Shown: piece after piece, positions 52,643 to 62,681 of the stretch | Layout of the letters: every line of letters starts with the position of its first letter | How positions within the stretch are numbered: position 1 is the first letter of the stretch | Assembly (NCBI GenBank): GCA_043747615.1 | Contig: JAYTOU010000091.1 | Coordinates: 32,001-96,000 of the forward strand | DNA from: Myxococcales bacterium | GTDB taxonomy: Bacteria; Myxococcota_A; Polyangia; Polyangiales; Polyangiaceae | Direction: 5' to 3' | Length of the DNA: 64,000 bases | Made by a program: the position numbers and the translations under genes | Notes under the pieces: model-generated | Seen by the model: the letters and a program-made list of their open reading frames with translations, nothing else | Databases searched by the model: none | What the model was told of the DNA's origin: nothing

Positions 52643-53632
52643 TTAGTTCGCGCAGCGGGCACCCAATACGTCGTTGATGCATTTCGTGAAGCCGAGCGCC
52701 TTGCAGAAGTAGCTACGCGCTTTTCCGCCGAGGCAGTAGCTCACGCTCGCCCCCTCGCACTTCGCGACCGCGCTCGTGTTGCAGCGTTCGGCAGGAGCGG
52801 GGGTGGGCGCGCTGCACGCACCGATTGCGATCGCGTCTGACCCGACGTGGCAAGAGAGGTTTGCAGCGGCGCAATCGAGGCGCACTTCCCGGCCGTTGTA
52901 GCAACCGAGCGCGCTCGTTCCCTCGCAGACCCGTTTGTCCGGCGTGCATGGGCGATTTGCGGTGGCGCAGCCGGCGCCTTCCGGAGTGCTCACGCATTTC
53001 AGCCCGAACGCACCGCAATCGAGTGAAGCGAGCTTTCCCTTCTCACAACGCAGGATCCGCGTGCCAGAGGTGGAGCACGTGGCGCCCGCCTCTTTCATGT
53101 CTGCCGGGCAAGCGCCGAGCGTGCAGAGCGATTCGCCTTCGCGCACGGCACACTGCTCGCCGCCGCGAGGGCAGTCGCGCACGGCCATCACCTTCTCGTG
53201 AAAACAGCTGATGGCGCGGCCATCGGCATCGCAGAACCCCGCCGAGCCATTTTTTCCCCGCCCGACGCACGTCTCCGGCTTCGCGCCACGGAGCGCGCAC
53301 GTCCGCAGCGCGCCGCACGAGTTGGCCCGGAGGCCGCACTCGCGGATGGTGAGAGAAAAGTTCACGGCGCTCGGCGACGTCATCTCGTGCGACATCGTCT
53401 TCACGCACGCCCCGAAGTCGCGCGGGATCATCGACGACGGGATCGCCACGCCTTCACACGACGTGAGGAGCGCACACATGTGCTCGACGTCTTCGATGGC
53501 CGGCGGAGACACGTCCGCTTTGGGAGCGGGCGGACCTGCGTCGGAAGGCGGGGGTGGCGCCGCCTCGGCTATGAGCGCAACGCCCATGGCCGCTCCTAGG
53601 ACGATCGCGATTTTCAACGTGCGCTTCAGCAT
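52643..53632 (-). CDS. Cys-rich secreted protein
   Basis: Signal peptide, Pro-rich linker, repeated C-x-G-x4/5-C...DC...C units. Confidence 0.8.
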   Translation of the reverse strand: MLKRTLKIAIVLGAAMGVALIAEAAPPPPSDAGPPAPKADVSPPAIEDVEHMCALLTSCEGVAIPSSMIPRDFGACVKTMSHEMTSPSAVNFSLTIRECGLRANSCGALRTCALRGAKPETCVGRGKNGSAGFCDADGRAISCFHEKVMAVRDCPRGGEQCAVREGESLCTLGACPADMKEAGATCSTSGTRILRCEKGKLASLDCGAFGLKCVSTPEGAGCATANRPCTPDKRVCEGTSALGCYNGREVRLDCAAANLSCHVGSDAIAIGACSAPTPAPAERCNTSAVAKCEGASVSYCLGGKARSYFCKALGFTKCINDVLGARCAN

Positions 53633-53771
53633 CTAGCTGGGTATTCCCCCTCAGTTGGACGCACTTCGCCAACGCTTTATTCTTCCAACATACCGGTAGA
53701 CCTGGCAGTTCGCCTCAAAATGGCGGTAAGGTGCGATGTGCTTAGGTCAAACCTGAGGAGAGTCGCTGGCG

Positions 53772-54329
53772 ATGCTCGACGACGTCCAAATAGAGCTGAT
53801 TTCATCAATTGCTAAGGCCCAAGAGGCCCTCAGGCGCGAGCTCACGAAGCTCCGTGCCGGCCGGGCGAGCCCCGCACTGCTCGATGGCATCCGCGTCGAC
53901 TACTACGGGACCATGACGCCTCTCACCCAGATGGCGAACGTGAGCGTCCCGGAGCCGCGCCTTCTCACGGTGAAGCCGTGGGACAAGGGCATGATCAAAG
54001 CGACCGAGAAAGCCATTCGCGAATCGGACTTGGGTCTGAATCCCCAATCGGACGGGGATCTGATACGCATCCCGCTTCCGCCGCTCACGGAAGAGCGCCG
54101 AAAAGAATTCGTCAAGATCGCCAAGAAGTACGGCGAAGAGTGCAAAGTCTCCATTCGCAAAGGCCGTCACGAAGCCATCGACATGCTCAAACAGGTCGAC
54201 GAAGACGGCGAAGCAAGCACGGACGACGTCGACCGCGCGAAGAAAAAGGTCGAAGACACCGTGGCCGAAGGAATCAAACAAGTCGATTCGATGATTGCTC
54301 ACAAGGAAAAGGACATCCTTGAAGTCTGA
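53772..54329 (+). CDS. frr: Ribosome recycling factor
   Basis: LRAGRASP, VDYYG, DLGLNP, PPLTEERRKE. Confidence 0.96.
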   Translation: MLDDVQIELISSIAKAQEALRRELTKLRAGRASPALLDGIRVDYYGTMTPLTQMANVSVPEPRLLTVKPWDKGMIKATEKAIRESDLGLNPQSDGDLIRIPLPPLTEERRKEFVKIAKKYGEECKVSIRKGRHEAIDMLKQVDEDGEASTDDVDRAKKKVEDTVAEGIKQVDSMIAHKEKDILEV

Positions 54330-54346
54330 CCGTCTCTTGCGCGGCC

Positions 54347-54375
54347 TTGACACTCTTGCCGGCCGATGAAATTCT
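54347..54375 (+). promoter_or_regulatory. Putative sigma70 promoter for the phosphatase-dedA operon
   Basis: TTGACA-N17-AATTCT with extended -10 TG. Confidence 0.55.
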
Positions 54376-54421
54376 TCATCTTTCCAGTCTGTGTTCATCA
54401 GAGTAGGGAGCCAATTCGTTG

Positions 54422-55381
54422 ATGCGGGCAATCGCAGCCGGGCTGAGCGACGTAGGGCTACAGCGCGAGCACAACGAAGATTCCTTCGTCGTTCTCAAGG
54501 AATACGATCTGTTCGTCGTCGCCGACGGCATGGGCGGGCACCGCGCGGGCGATGTGGCGTCCAAGCTCGCTACCGAGACGATCAGCGAGTTCTTCAAGTC
54601 GACGGCGAACGAAGACGTGACCTGGCCGTTCCACTTCGACACGAATTTGTCGGAAGAAGAGAACCGCCTCCTCACGGGCATTCGCGTCGCGAACCGCCAA
54701 ATTTTCGAGCGGAGCACACGCTCCCGCGAATTTCACGGAATGGGCACCACCGTCGTCGGCGCCATGTTCAGCCCGCGCAAGAAGCGGATGTACATCGGTC
54801 ACGTCGGCGACTCGCGCTGCTACCGCGTTCGCAAGGGCAACATCCAGCTGATGACGCGCGATCACTCGCTCATCAACGACTACCTGCTTGCGATGCCCGA
54901 CCTCAGCGAAGAGCAGCGGAGCGAGCTCCCGAAGAACGTCATCACCCGCGCACTCGGAATGCAGGATCAGGTGGTCGTCGATCTACAGCATGACAGCCCC
55001 GAGGACGGCGACGTCTACGTCCTCTGCTCCGACGGCTTGTCAGGGATGATCGTGGACGAAGAGATCCAGCGCATCATCACCGGCGCGAACAACATCGGCG
55101 AAGCCTGTCGCAAGCTCATCGAAAAAGCGAACGAGCACGGCGGCGAGGACAACATCACCGCGGTCCTCATCAAGATCGAAGAGCTCCAAGACACCGTGGA
55201 AGACGCCGCTCCTCCGTCGGCGGTCTCCGGTGACGGGCCTACGGTCATCCAGACCAAGGCGGCGATCTTGAATCAAGCCATGCCTCACGAGCAGGCGGCA
55301 GCTCCGGAAAATTTCGGCGAAGAGCCGACGCACCCAGGTGCGGCCGGCGCCTCCGACTCGCTCAACAAACCGAAGCCCTGA
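54422..55381 (+). CDS. PP2C-family Ser/Thr protein phosphatase
   Basis: SDVGLQREHNED, VADGMGGH, MGTT, HVGDSRCY, LCSDGL, GGEDNIT. Confidence 0.95.
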   Translation: MRAIAAGLSDVGLQREHNEDSFVVLKEYDLFVVADGMGGHRAGDVASKLATETISEFFKSTANEDVTWPFHFDTNLSEEENRLLTGIRVANRQIFERSTRSREFHGMGTTVVGAMFSPRKKRMYIGHVGDSRCYRVRKGNIQLMTRDHSLINDYLLAMPDLSEEQRSELPKNVITRALGMQDQVVVDLQHDSPEDGDVYVLCSDGLSGMIVDEEIQRIITGANNIGEACRKLIEKANEHGGEDNITAVLIKIEELQDTVEDAAPPSAVSGDGPTVIQTKAAILNQAMPHEQAAAPENFGEEPTHPGAAGASDSLNKPKP

Positions 55382-55387
55382 GATAAA

Positions 55388-56104
55388 ATGGTCAAAGCGA
55401 TCTTCACGATCCTCGGCGGGTTCTGTGTCTACGTCATGGGGACCCTGAGCTACGCGGGGATTGCGCTTCTCATGGGCATCGAGAGCGCGTGCATTCCTCT
55501 GCCGAGCGAGCTCATCATGCCCTACGCGGGGGCGATGACCGATCCGGCGGTGAACGCGTCCCTCGCATCGACGTTCCACATCGGTCTTCCGATCTTCAAC
55601 ATCTGGATCGCGGCGTTCGCAGGCGCGATCGGCTGCAACCTCGGGAGCGAAGTCGCGTACTGGGTCGGCGCCACGGGCGGACGCAAGGCGATCGAAAAGT
55701 ATGGGCGCTTCGTGCTCGTCAGCCCCCACGAGCTGCAGATCGCCGATCGCTGGTTCGACAAACGTGGCGAGATCATCATCCTCGTTGCCCGGCTCCTGCC
55801 GGTGATCCGCACGTTCATCGCTTTTCCAGCGGGCGTTGCGCGGATGAACCGCACAAAGTTTCACGTCTACACCTTCGTGGGATCGTTTCCTTGGTGTCTC
55901 GGTCTGGCGATGGTCGGCCAAAAGCTCGGCCTCGAGCTGCTCGCAGAGAGCTCGCCGCTCAAGCACTTCATGCACAAGTTCGACGCCGTCATTGGCGGCG
56001 TGATCATCCTCGCGGCGATCTTCTTCGTGCGCTCGCGCCTGAAGGCTCTCAAGAGCTACCGCGACGCCGACAAGCTCGCCGCCGCAGCCGCAACAGAGAA
56101 GTAG
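55388..56104 (+). CDS. dedA: DedA family membrane protein
   Basis: ESACIPLPSELIMPYAG, YWVG, ARLLPVIRTFIAFPAG. Confidence 0.92.
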   Translation: MVKAIFTILGGFCVYVMGTLSYAGIALLMGIESACIPLPSELIMPYAGAMTDPAVNASLASTFHIGLPIFNIWIAAFAGAIGCNLGSEVAYWVGATGGRKAIEKYGRFVLVSPHELQIADRWFDKRGEIIILVARLLPVIRTFIAFPAGVARMNRTKFHVYTFVGSFPWCLGLAMVGQKLGLELLAESSPLKHFMHKFDAVIGGVIILAAIFFVRSRLKALKSYRDADKLAAAAATEK

Positions 56105-56119
56105 ACCTACAAAACTACG

Positions 56120-56157
56120 ACGCCGCGAGGGCCCCCTGACGAGGACCTCCGCGGCGT
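56120..56157. terminator. Possible hairpin between convergent genes
   Basis: ACGCCGCG...CGCGGCGT inverted repeat with partly paired interior; no clear U-tract. Confidence 0.4.
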
Positions 56158-56177
56158 TCGCGTTGCGCGTTCGGTGA

Positions 56178-57164
56178 TTACTTGGAGATGGTCAGCGTGC
56201 CGCTGATGCCGCCGCCTTGCACCTCGAACTTCGTGGGGATGTCACTCACCATGAAGCTGGGGGTTTCGTTCGTTACGCCGATGCCAAATACGCCGGCGAT
56301 GTTCGGATCGCCGGCTTTTTCGAGGTGAGCAAGAAGGGCCGCAGGCACGGTGCCCGTCCCCGCGGACGCATCGAAATTGCAGCTGACGATGACGGCGAAT
56401 CTGTCGCTGAGCGACTCGTAGGTGAAGAAAGCCTTGCCCGCTCCCCCTCCCGTCCACGTCGCGACGAGGTCCACCGTGCGATCGACGTCGGGGCAGGTGC
56501 TCCCCGTGCAGGCGGGGGCCGTGACCGTAATGTCGCTTGGAGCGACGACCGTTTGGGTCGGAATCGCGGGAAGATCCGCGCCGCCAGCGCCCGTCGCGGT
56601 GAGCATGTCGCCACCCGCAAAGAACTGGAGGCTGCTGGTTACCGACTTATAACCGTTGAACATATAGGGGCCGACGACTTGCGGGCCGTAGGTGAGCGTC
56701 GCGGCTCCGGCGTCGCCCGTGCCGCCGGCGATGGTGATCGTGCCCGCGTTGAGGGTGTTCGGAATGATGCGCATTCCGGCGTCGGTCGCGGGCGGAATGC
56801 AAAGTTTGCTCGCAATGCAGGCGCCCATCGTCACGTTCACCATCTCCGGGCACGGCATCGGGGTGACCGTGGACAACATGGTCCTCTGAAAGGAGGCGTT
56901 GGCACTGAAGTCGTAGGTGCCAGAGAAGTTGAATTGAGTGACGCGGATCAGGCCGACATTGCGCGTCCCCGTACTGCCGTCGCCGCCGCCGCTGTCGCCC
57001 CCGCCGCCCCCGTCGCCCCCGCCGCCTTCACCGCCGGAGCCGCCATCACCCGTCGTTCCGCCGTCGTTGTTCGTGGCGGAGGTCGAAGAGCAGGCGAGAA
57101 AACCGCCGCTCGCAGCCGCGAGGCCAAGGACGCCGAGGCACGTTGCTCTGAAAATTTTGTTCAT
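56178..57164 (-). CDS. Hypothetical lipoprotein with Gly/Asp-rich linker
   Basis: GGAGG RBS before ATG 57164; FLA-C lipobox; GDGG repeats; beta-rich domain with paired Cys. Confidence 0.8.
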   Translation of the reverse strand: MNKIFRATCLGVLGLAAASGGFLACSSTSATNNDGGTTGDGGSGGEGGGGDGGGGGDSGGGDGSTGTRNVGLIRVTQFNFSGTYDFSANASFQRTMLSTVTPMPCPEMVNVTMGACIASKLCIPPATDAGMRIIPNTLNAGTITIAGGTGDAGAATLTYGPQVVGPYMFNGYKSVTSSLQFFAGGDMLTATGAGGADLPAIPTQTVVAPSDITVTAPACTGSTCPDVDRTVDLVATWTGGGAGKAFFTYESLSDRFAVIVSCNFDASAGTGTVPAALLAHLEKAGDPNIAGVFGIGVTNETPSFMVSDIPTKFEVQGGGISGTLTISK

Positions 57165-57366
57165 GGTTTCCTCCCGATAAGAGTTCAGATGGGCAGCGTG
57201 CCCCAAATCGAAGATGCGCGAGCGCGCACGGTACATGGACGGCCCGGCGCCGCCCAACATTCAAGTCCTCTCTCCCGGCTCACGAATCCCAGAACGGGGC
57301 AGCCCCGGCTCGCGGCTGAACCGCGCCGGCCTTGGGCGTCTTGCGTTTCCGCGGTAGATTCCTTGG

Positions 57367-59118
57367 ATGTCGCAAGACGTCGTCGATCCGAAGCCACAAC
57401 CCCGCGTGACCGAAAAATCGGACAGCTACACCTCGCAGGGCGAAGTCCCCGGCACGGACCTCGAGGCGCTGCGTGCGGCGACGGTTGCATGGCGAAGAGG
57501 CGCGCTCGCGAAGAGCACGGCAAAGATGCCGCCGAGGCGCGAGCAGTTCAAGACGTCGAGCGACCTCGATGTGCCGGACGTGGTGAACCCTTCGGACGTT
57601 CCGATGGACTACGCAAAAGACATTGGGTTTCCGGGTGAATATCCGTTCACGCGCGGCGTGCAGCCCACGATGTACCGCTCGCGCTTGTGGACGATGCGCA
57701 TGTTCGCCGGCTTCGGCACCCCGGAGCTCACGAACACACGTTTTCATTATCTCCTCAAAGAAGGGCAGACCGGGCTCTCCACCGCTTTCGATTTTCCGAC
57801 CCTCATGGGCTACGACAGCGACTCTCCACGCTCGCTGGGCGAGGTCGGCATGTGCGGCGTCGCGGTCGACACGCTGAAAGACATGGAGACGCTGTTCGAC
57901 GGGATCCCGCTCGACAAGGTCACCACCTCGATGACCATCAACGGGCCGGCGATCGTCCTTTTGTGTTTCTACATCGCGCTCGCGGACGTCCGCGGCATCT
58001 CGAGAAAAGCCATCGGCGGCACGGTGCAGAACGACTGCCTGAAGGAGTTCATCGCCCAGCACGCGTGGCTCGTCCCGCCGCGGCCCGCGATGCGGATCGT
58101 GACCGACATGATCGAGTTCTGCACGACGGAGGTGCCACGCTGGAACACCGTGTCGATCAGCGGCTATCACATTCGTGAAGCCGGGAGCACCGCCGCTCAA
58201 GAGCTCGCGTTCACGATCGCCGACGGCATCGCCTACGTAGAGAGCTGCGTCGAGCGGGGTCTCGACGTCGACGCGTTTGCTCCGCGCCTCTCCTTCTTCT
58301 TCGACGTGCACAACGATTTCTTCGAGGAGATCGCGAAATTCCGCGCCGCACGACGGATCTGGGCGCGTCTGATGAAGGAGCGATTCGGGGCTAAGAACGC
58401 CGACTCGATGAAGCTCCGCACGCATGCCCAGACTGCAGGCGTGTCGCTCACCGCGCAGCAGCCTTACAACAACGTGGTGCGGGTGGCCCTCCAGGCGCTC
58501 GCCGCGGTGCTCGGGGGCACGCAGTCCCTCCACACCAACTCCATGGACGAGACGTACGCGCTTCCCACCGAGGACGCGGTGACCATCGCCCTTCGCACCC
58601 AGCAAATCATCGCTGAGGAGAGCGGCGTGGCCAGTACCATCGATCCGCTTGGAGGCAGCTATTTCGTAGAGGATCTCACGAACCGCATGGAGGCCGCAGC
58701 GATGACCTACATCAAGCGGATCGACGAGATGGGCGGTATGGTCGCGGCCATCGAAAAGGGGTACCCGCAGCGCGAGATTGCAGCGAGCGCGTACCGCTTC
58801 CAGCGCGAGCTCGAGGCGAACGAAAAAATCATGGTGGGCGTGAACGCCTACGTGACTGACAAGGATGCGGCCATCCCGCTCCTCAAGATCGACGAGGCGG
58901 GGCAGAAGTCACAGATCGACAAGTTGAAGACCCTGAAGGCGTCGCGCGATGCCGCGAGGGTCAAGGTTTGCCTCGATGCCGTTCGCGTCGCGGCGAGCTC
59001 CAAGCAAAACTTGATGGCACCGATCATCGACGCCGCGAAGGCGTATGCGACGCAGCAGGAAATCTGCGACGTGCTCCGTGACGTCTTCGGAACGTACACG
59101 GACCCGGCAGAGTTTTAG
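57367..59118 (+). CDS. B12-dependent acyl-CoA mutase large subunit, isobutyryl-CoA mutase (IcmA)-like
   Basis: [14 protein letters not shown] (Phe), [11 protein letters not shown] (Gln), [11 protein letters not shown]; no B12-binding domain. Confidence 0.85.
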   Translation: MSQDVVDPKPQPRVTEKSDSYTSQGEVPGTDLEALRAATVAWRRGALAKSTAKMPPRREQFKTSSDLDVPDVVNPSDVPMDYAKDIGFPGEYPFTRGVQPTMYRSRLWTMRMFAGFGTPELTNTRFHYLLKEGQTGLSTAFDFPTLMGYDSDSPRSLGEVGMCGVAVDTLKDMETLFDGIPLDKVTTSMTINGPAIVLLCFYIALADVRGISRKAIGGTVQNDCLKEFIAQHAWLVPPRPAMRIVTDMIEFCTTEVPRWNTVSISGYHIREAGSTAAQELAFTIADGIAYVESCVERGLDVDAFAPRLSFFFDVHNDFFEEIAKFRAARRIWARLMKERFGAKNADSMKLRTHAQTAGVSLTAQQPYNNVVRVALQALAAVLGGTQSLHTNSMDETYALPTEDAVTIALRTQQIIAEESGVASTIDPLGGSYFVEDLTNRMEAAAMTYIKRIDEMGGMVAAIEKGYPQREIAASAYRFQRELEANEKIMVGVNAYVTDKDAAIPLLKIDEAGQKSQIDKLKTLKASRDAARVKVCLDAVRVAASSKQNLMAPIIDAAKAYATQQEICDVLRDVFGTYTDPAEF

Positions 59119-59121
59119 TTC

Positions 59122-60546
59122 TCAGCCGACGATGTCGCGGGCGATTTTTTGGGCCTGGCGAATGCAGTCGGGTATGCCAACGCCGTCGTAGGTGTTCGAT
59201 GCGGTGTGCAATCCGGGAATCTCTTCGAGGACCGCGCGCAGCTTGCGCACCCTCCCGAGGTGGCCGAGGTAAGGCTGGGGGCTGGCCCGCTCGAAGCGAA
59301 ATACACTTGAAAATAAGGGCTCCGCGGTGATCGTCATCATCGACTTGATCTCACGAAGCGCGAGGGCCACGAGGGCGTCGTCGTCTCGATCGAGGATGTC
59401 TTCGCGCTCCGCCCCTCCGAGAAATACGCGCATGAGAACATGACCTCCGGGTGCGCGATGGCCCCACTTGCTGGAGACCCACGTTCCGGCGAGGACCGCC
59501 CTCCCTTCGGCGCGCGGCACGATGAAACCGCTGGCGTCGAGGGGGTGAGCGACGTCTTGCCTGCGAAACGCGAAGAAGGCGGTGGCCGACGAAGCGTGAC
59601 CCATGAGCCCGTCGAACGCGTGGGCGAGCCCCGGGTCCATCGTGCGAACCGCGGACGCACTGACGTACGAAGGAACGGCGAGCACCACGTGATCGGCGAT
59701 CTCCAGGCCGCCGTCGGTCGTCTCGACTCCGAAGCGTCCGCGAGCGTCGTCGTGGTCGAGGAGCGAAACCTCCTTCACCCCGACGCTGGTGCGCACGCGG
59801 TCCCCGAGCTTTTCGGCGAGCGCTTCGACGAGACGTGACATCCCTCCATGGAGTGACTCGAACATGCTGGGCGGGCTGTCCGCTTGCGCCGCCGCTGCCT
59901 CACGAAGGCGCCGCAGCGCGCGCATCGCCTGGATGAGCGATCCATATTTTGCCTCGGCGGCGACGAGCTGGGGAAAGGCGGCACGCACCGAAATCGCTTG
60001 GGCGTTGCCGGCGAAGATCCCTCCGAGGAGCGGGGCGGCGAGGCGATCGGTGACCTGATCGCCGAGCCTTCGGGTGATGAACTCGGCCACCGATTCATCC
60101 TCGTCGTCGTGAAAGGTCCGCACCGGGACGAACGGCTCGAGCGCCATGCGAAGCTTTGCGTCCCACGAGAAGAGTGGGGTCCGGGCGATGGGTCCGATCT
60201 CCGTGGGGATCCCGAGGACGAGCCCCTCGGGCATGAGAAGCAGCTCTCTTTCCCAGGCGATGTAGACCTGGCGATTCGTCTCCACCGTACCCATCAGCTC
60301 GTGGCCGAGGCCGAGCCGCTTTGCCAGGTCGGCGGCGTGAGGCTTCGCTGAGACCCACGAATCGGGACCGCCATCGAGGACGAATCCCCCTCGCTTCTCG
60401 GTGATGATCGCTCCCCCGAGGCGGCCGCTCCGCTCGAGGACGCTGACCTCGATGACCTTTTTTGCCGACGCCGCGAGCTCGAGGATCTCGTACGCGCAGG
60501 AGAGTCCAGTGATACCCCCGCCGACGACGATCACGCGCTCGCTCAT
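59122..60546 (-). CDS. hemY: HemY-type copro/protoporphyrinogen oxidase
   Basis: Start ATG 60546 overlaps hemH stop; VGGGITGL, GPDSW, PLLGGIFAG, PQPYLGH, GVGIPDCI. Confidence 0.92.
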   Translation of the reverse strand: MSERVIVVGGGITGLSCAYEILELAASAKKVIEVSVLERSGRLGGAIITEKRGGFVLDGGPDSWVSAKPHAADLAKRLGLGHELMGTVETNRQVYIAWERELLLMPEGLVLGIPTEIGPIARTPLFSWDAKLRMALEPFVPVRTFHDDEDESVAEFITRRLGDQVTDRLAAPLLGGIFAGNAQAISVRAAFPQLVAAEAKYGSLIQAMRALRRLREAAAAQADSPPSMFESLHGGMSRLVEALAEKLGDRVRTSVGVKEVSLLDHDDARGRFGVETTDGGLEIADHVVLAVPSYVSASAVRTMDPGLAHAFDGLMGHASSATAFFAFRRQDVAHPLDASGFIVPRAEGRAVLAGTWVSSKWGHRAPGGHVLMRVFLGGAEREDILDRDDDALVALALREIKSMMTITAEPLFSSVFRFERASPQPYLGHLGRVRKLRAVLEEIPGLHTASNTYDGVGIPDCIRQAQKIARDIVG

Positions 60547-61466
60547 CGCGACTGCGTTTGTGCCGTGGCGAGAAGAGGAGCGGCGACGGCGGCGATGGTG
60601 TCGACGAGCGCGTCGGAATCGTTGAGCGAGGGCACACGGATCGTCTCGAGACCTAGGGCGCGGGCCCACTCGCGGGCCTCGACATCGAGGTCGTAGAGGA
60701 TCTCGACGTGGTCGGCGAGGAAGCCGATCGGCGCGAAAATGACTCGGTTTTGGCCCTCCTTGGCGATGTCGCCGAGGGTGGTCTCGAGATTTGGTCCGAG
60801 CCATTCCATGCCCGTTCCGATCCCCTGGCTCTGAAAGGCGACGACGTGCTTCGGGGCGTCTTCTCCGAGAAGCTTCACCACGGCCTCGACGCTCGCGCGA
60901 AATTCCTTCTCGTAATGATCGCCCGAGCGGATGATCGCGACCGGCAGGCTGTGCGCCGAAAAGAGGAGCGTTGTCCTCTTGCGGTCCTGCGTCGAGAGGG
61001 GGGCGAAAGTCTTCCGGACCTCGTTCGCGTAGGCCGCGACGAGCAACGGCGACTGCCCCCAATTCGTTGCACAACGCACGGTCATCGAGCTGCCTAGCTC
61101 CGAAACGGCTTTTTTTGCAGCGTCACCGTAGACGGCAGCGGAATGCTGAGCGAGCGGCACGACGGCTAGCTCGCTGATTCCTTCGGCGGCGAGCTCCTTC
61201 GCCACGTCGGCCACATACGGATGCCACAGGCGCATCGCGATGCGGGTGGGGATGCCGAGACGAGCCTCGAGCTTCGTTGCGAGCGAGCGTGAGATGTCGA
61301 GGAGCGGCGAGCGCCCTCCGATGGCGGCGTAGCGACGACGGAGCTCGGCGATGAGCTCAGGGGGCGGCGCGTGCCCTCGTCGAATGTTCGTGACGAACGC
61401 CGGGAGGTCGTCGAGATTTTCGACTGTCCCGTGCGCAACGAGCAGAAGTGCTGATCGCGCGCTCAT
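60543..61466 (-). CDS. hemH: Ferrochelatase
   Basis: YAAIGGRSPL, FSAHSLP, FQSQG...WLGP, PIGFLADHVEILYDLD. Confidence 0.93.
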   Translation of the reverse strand: MSARSALLLVAHGTVENLDDLPAFVTNIRRGHAPPPELIAELRRRYAAIGGRSPLLDISRSLATKLEARLGIPTRIAMRLWHPYVADVAKELAAEGISELAVVPLAQHSAAVYGDAAKKAVSELGSSMTVRCATNWGQSPLLVAAYANEVRKTFAPLSTQDRKRTTLLFSAHSLPVAIIRSGDHYEKEFRASVEAVVKLLGEDAPKHVVAFQSQGIGTGMEWLGPNLETTLGDIAKEGQNRVIFAPIGFLADHVEILYDLDVEAREWARALGLETIRVPSLNDSDALVDTIAAVAAPLLATAQTQSR

Positions 61467-62494
61467 TTGTGGGCCTCGTAGGAGTGCACGAAGTCCACGA
61501 CCGCTTGCACGTTCTCTACCGGAGTTTCCGGCAAAATCCCGTGTCCGAGGTTGAAGATGTGACCGGGCCGACCCGCAGCTGCATCGAGGATTCGCTTCGC
61601 GTGCTTCTGGGCAACGGCGGGTGGCGCGAAGAGCGTCGTGGGGTCGAGGTTGCCCTGGACGGCGTGATTCGGACCGACGCGGTCCCTGCCCTCGCCAAAC
61701 GGCGTGCGCCAGTCGAGCCCGATCACGTGACCCCCTGCGTCGCGCTGGAGATCGAGGAGCGCCTGGGTGCCGGTTCCGAAGTGGATCACGGGGACGCCGC
61801 AGGTCATCACGTCCTTCAAAATATGGGCGACGTGCGGCTGCACGAACTCGATGTAGTCCTCACGATTTAGCTGACCGATCCACGAGTCGAAGAGCTGCAC
61901 GCAGTCGGCCCCGGCGAGGATTTGCGCACGGAGGTAGCGGCGCACGACCTCGGAGAGTTTTCCCATCAGCGCGTTCCACGCCTCGGGATCCGAGTACATG
62001 AGCCTCTTGGTCTTCGCGAAGTGGGCGCTCTTTCCCCCTTCAATGAGGTAGCTCGCGAGTGTGAACGGCGCGCCCGCGAAGCCGATGAGCGGCAGCTTCC
62101 CGGTGAGCTCCTTCTTGATCGTGCGAATCGATTCGAGCACGTAGCCGAGGCCGTCCTCCGGCTCGATCACGCGCAACTTGTCGATCTGCGCGCGGCTGGT
62201 GATCGGCTCGTGGATGACCGGTCCCTCTCCCTTTGCGAACTCGAACGATGCGCCCATTGGCTCGAGTGGAAGCAAGATGTCTGCGAAGAGAATCGCCGCG
62301 TCGAAGCCGAGCTTGAGGGGCTGGAGGGTAACCTCGCAGGAGAGCTCCGGATTTTTGCAGAGCTCGATCAGCGTGTACTTGGCTCGGAGCGCACGGTACT
62401 CCGGCATGTAACGCCCCGCTTGGCGCATGAACCAAACCGGAGTCACGTCGACGGGCTCGCGACGGCATGCGCGCAGAAAGCGATCATTCATCAT
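61463..62494 (-). CDS. hemE: Uroporphyrinogen decarboxylase
   Basis: PVWFMRQAGRYMPEY, AAILFADIL, GFAGAPFTLASY, QGNLDP, NLGHGI. Confidence 0.97.
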   Translation of the reverse strand: MMNDRFLRACRREPVDVTPVWFMRQAGRYMPEYRALRAKYTLIELCKNPELSCEVTLQPLKLGFDAAILFADILLPLEPMGASFEFAKGEGPVIHEPITSRAQIDKLRVIEPEDGLGYVLESIRTIKKELTGKLPLIGFAGAPFTLASYLIEGGKSAHFAKTKRLMYSDPEAWNALMGKLSEVVRRYLRAQILAGADCVQLFDSWIGQLNREDYIEFVQPHVAHILKDVMTCGVPVIHFGTGTQALLDLQRDAGGHVIGLDWRTPFGEGRDRVGPNHAVQGNLDPTTLFAPPAVAQKHAKRILDAAAGRPGHIFNLGHGILPETPVENVQAVVDFVHSYEAHK

Positions 62495-62681
62495 GTGCCC
62501 GTCAGACTAGCGCAGGATTGCGAAGAGACGGCGAAGCGTTTAGCGGGGCACCAGCCATATTGGTCCCCCGTCGATTCGTCGGACTCATATCCCTCTGCCT
62601 GCTCGCCCATCGCGCGTGCGCGTCCGCATCGCACCGTTCGTCGGTGACGATCGCGACACGAGCAACGTGACGAGCTAGATC

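Noticed and set aside
56975..57065. GC-rich short repeats (also 3600-3700) as a VNTR or CRISPR
   Set aside because: They encode Gly-rich protein linkers and have no repeat-spacer structure
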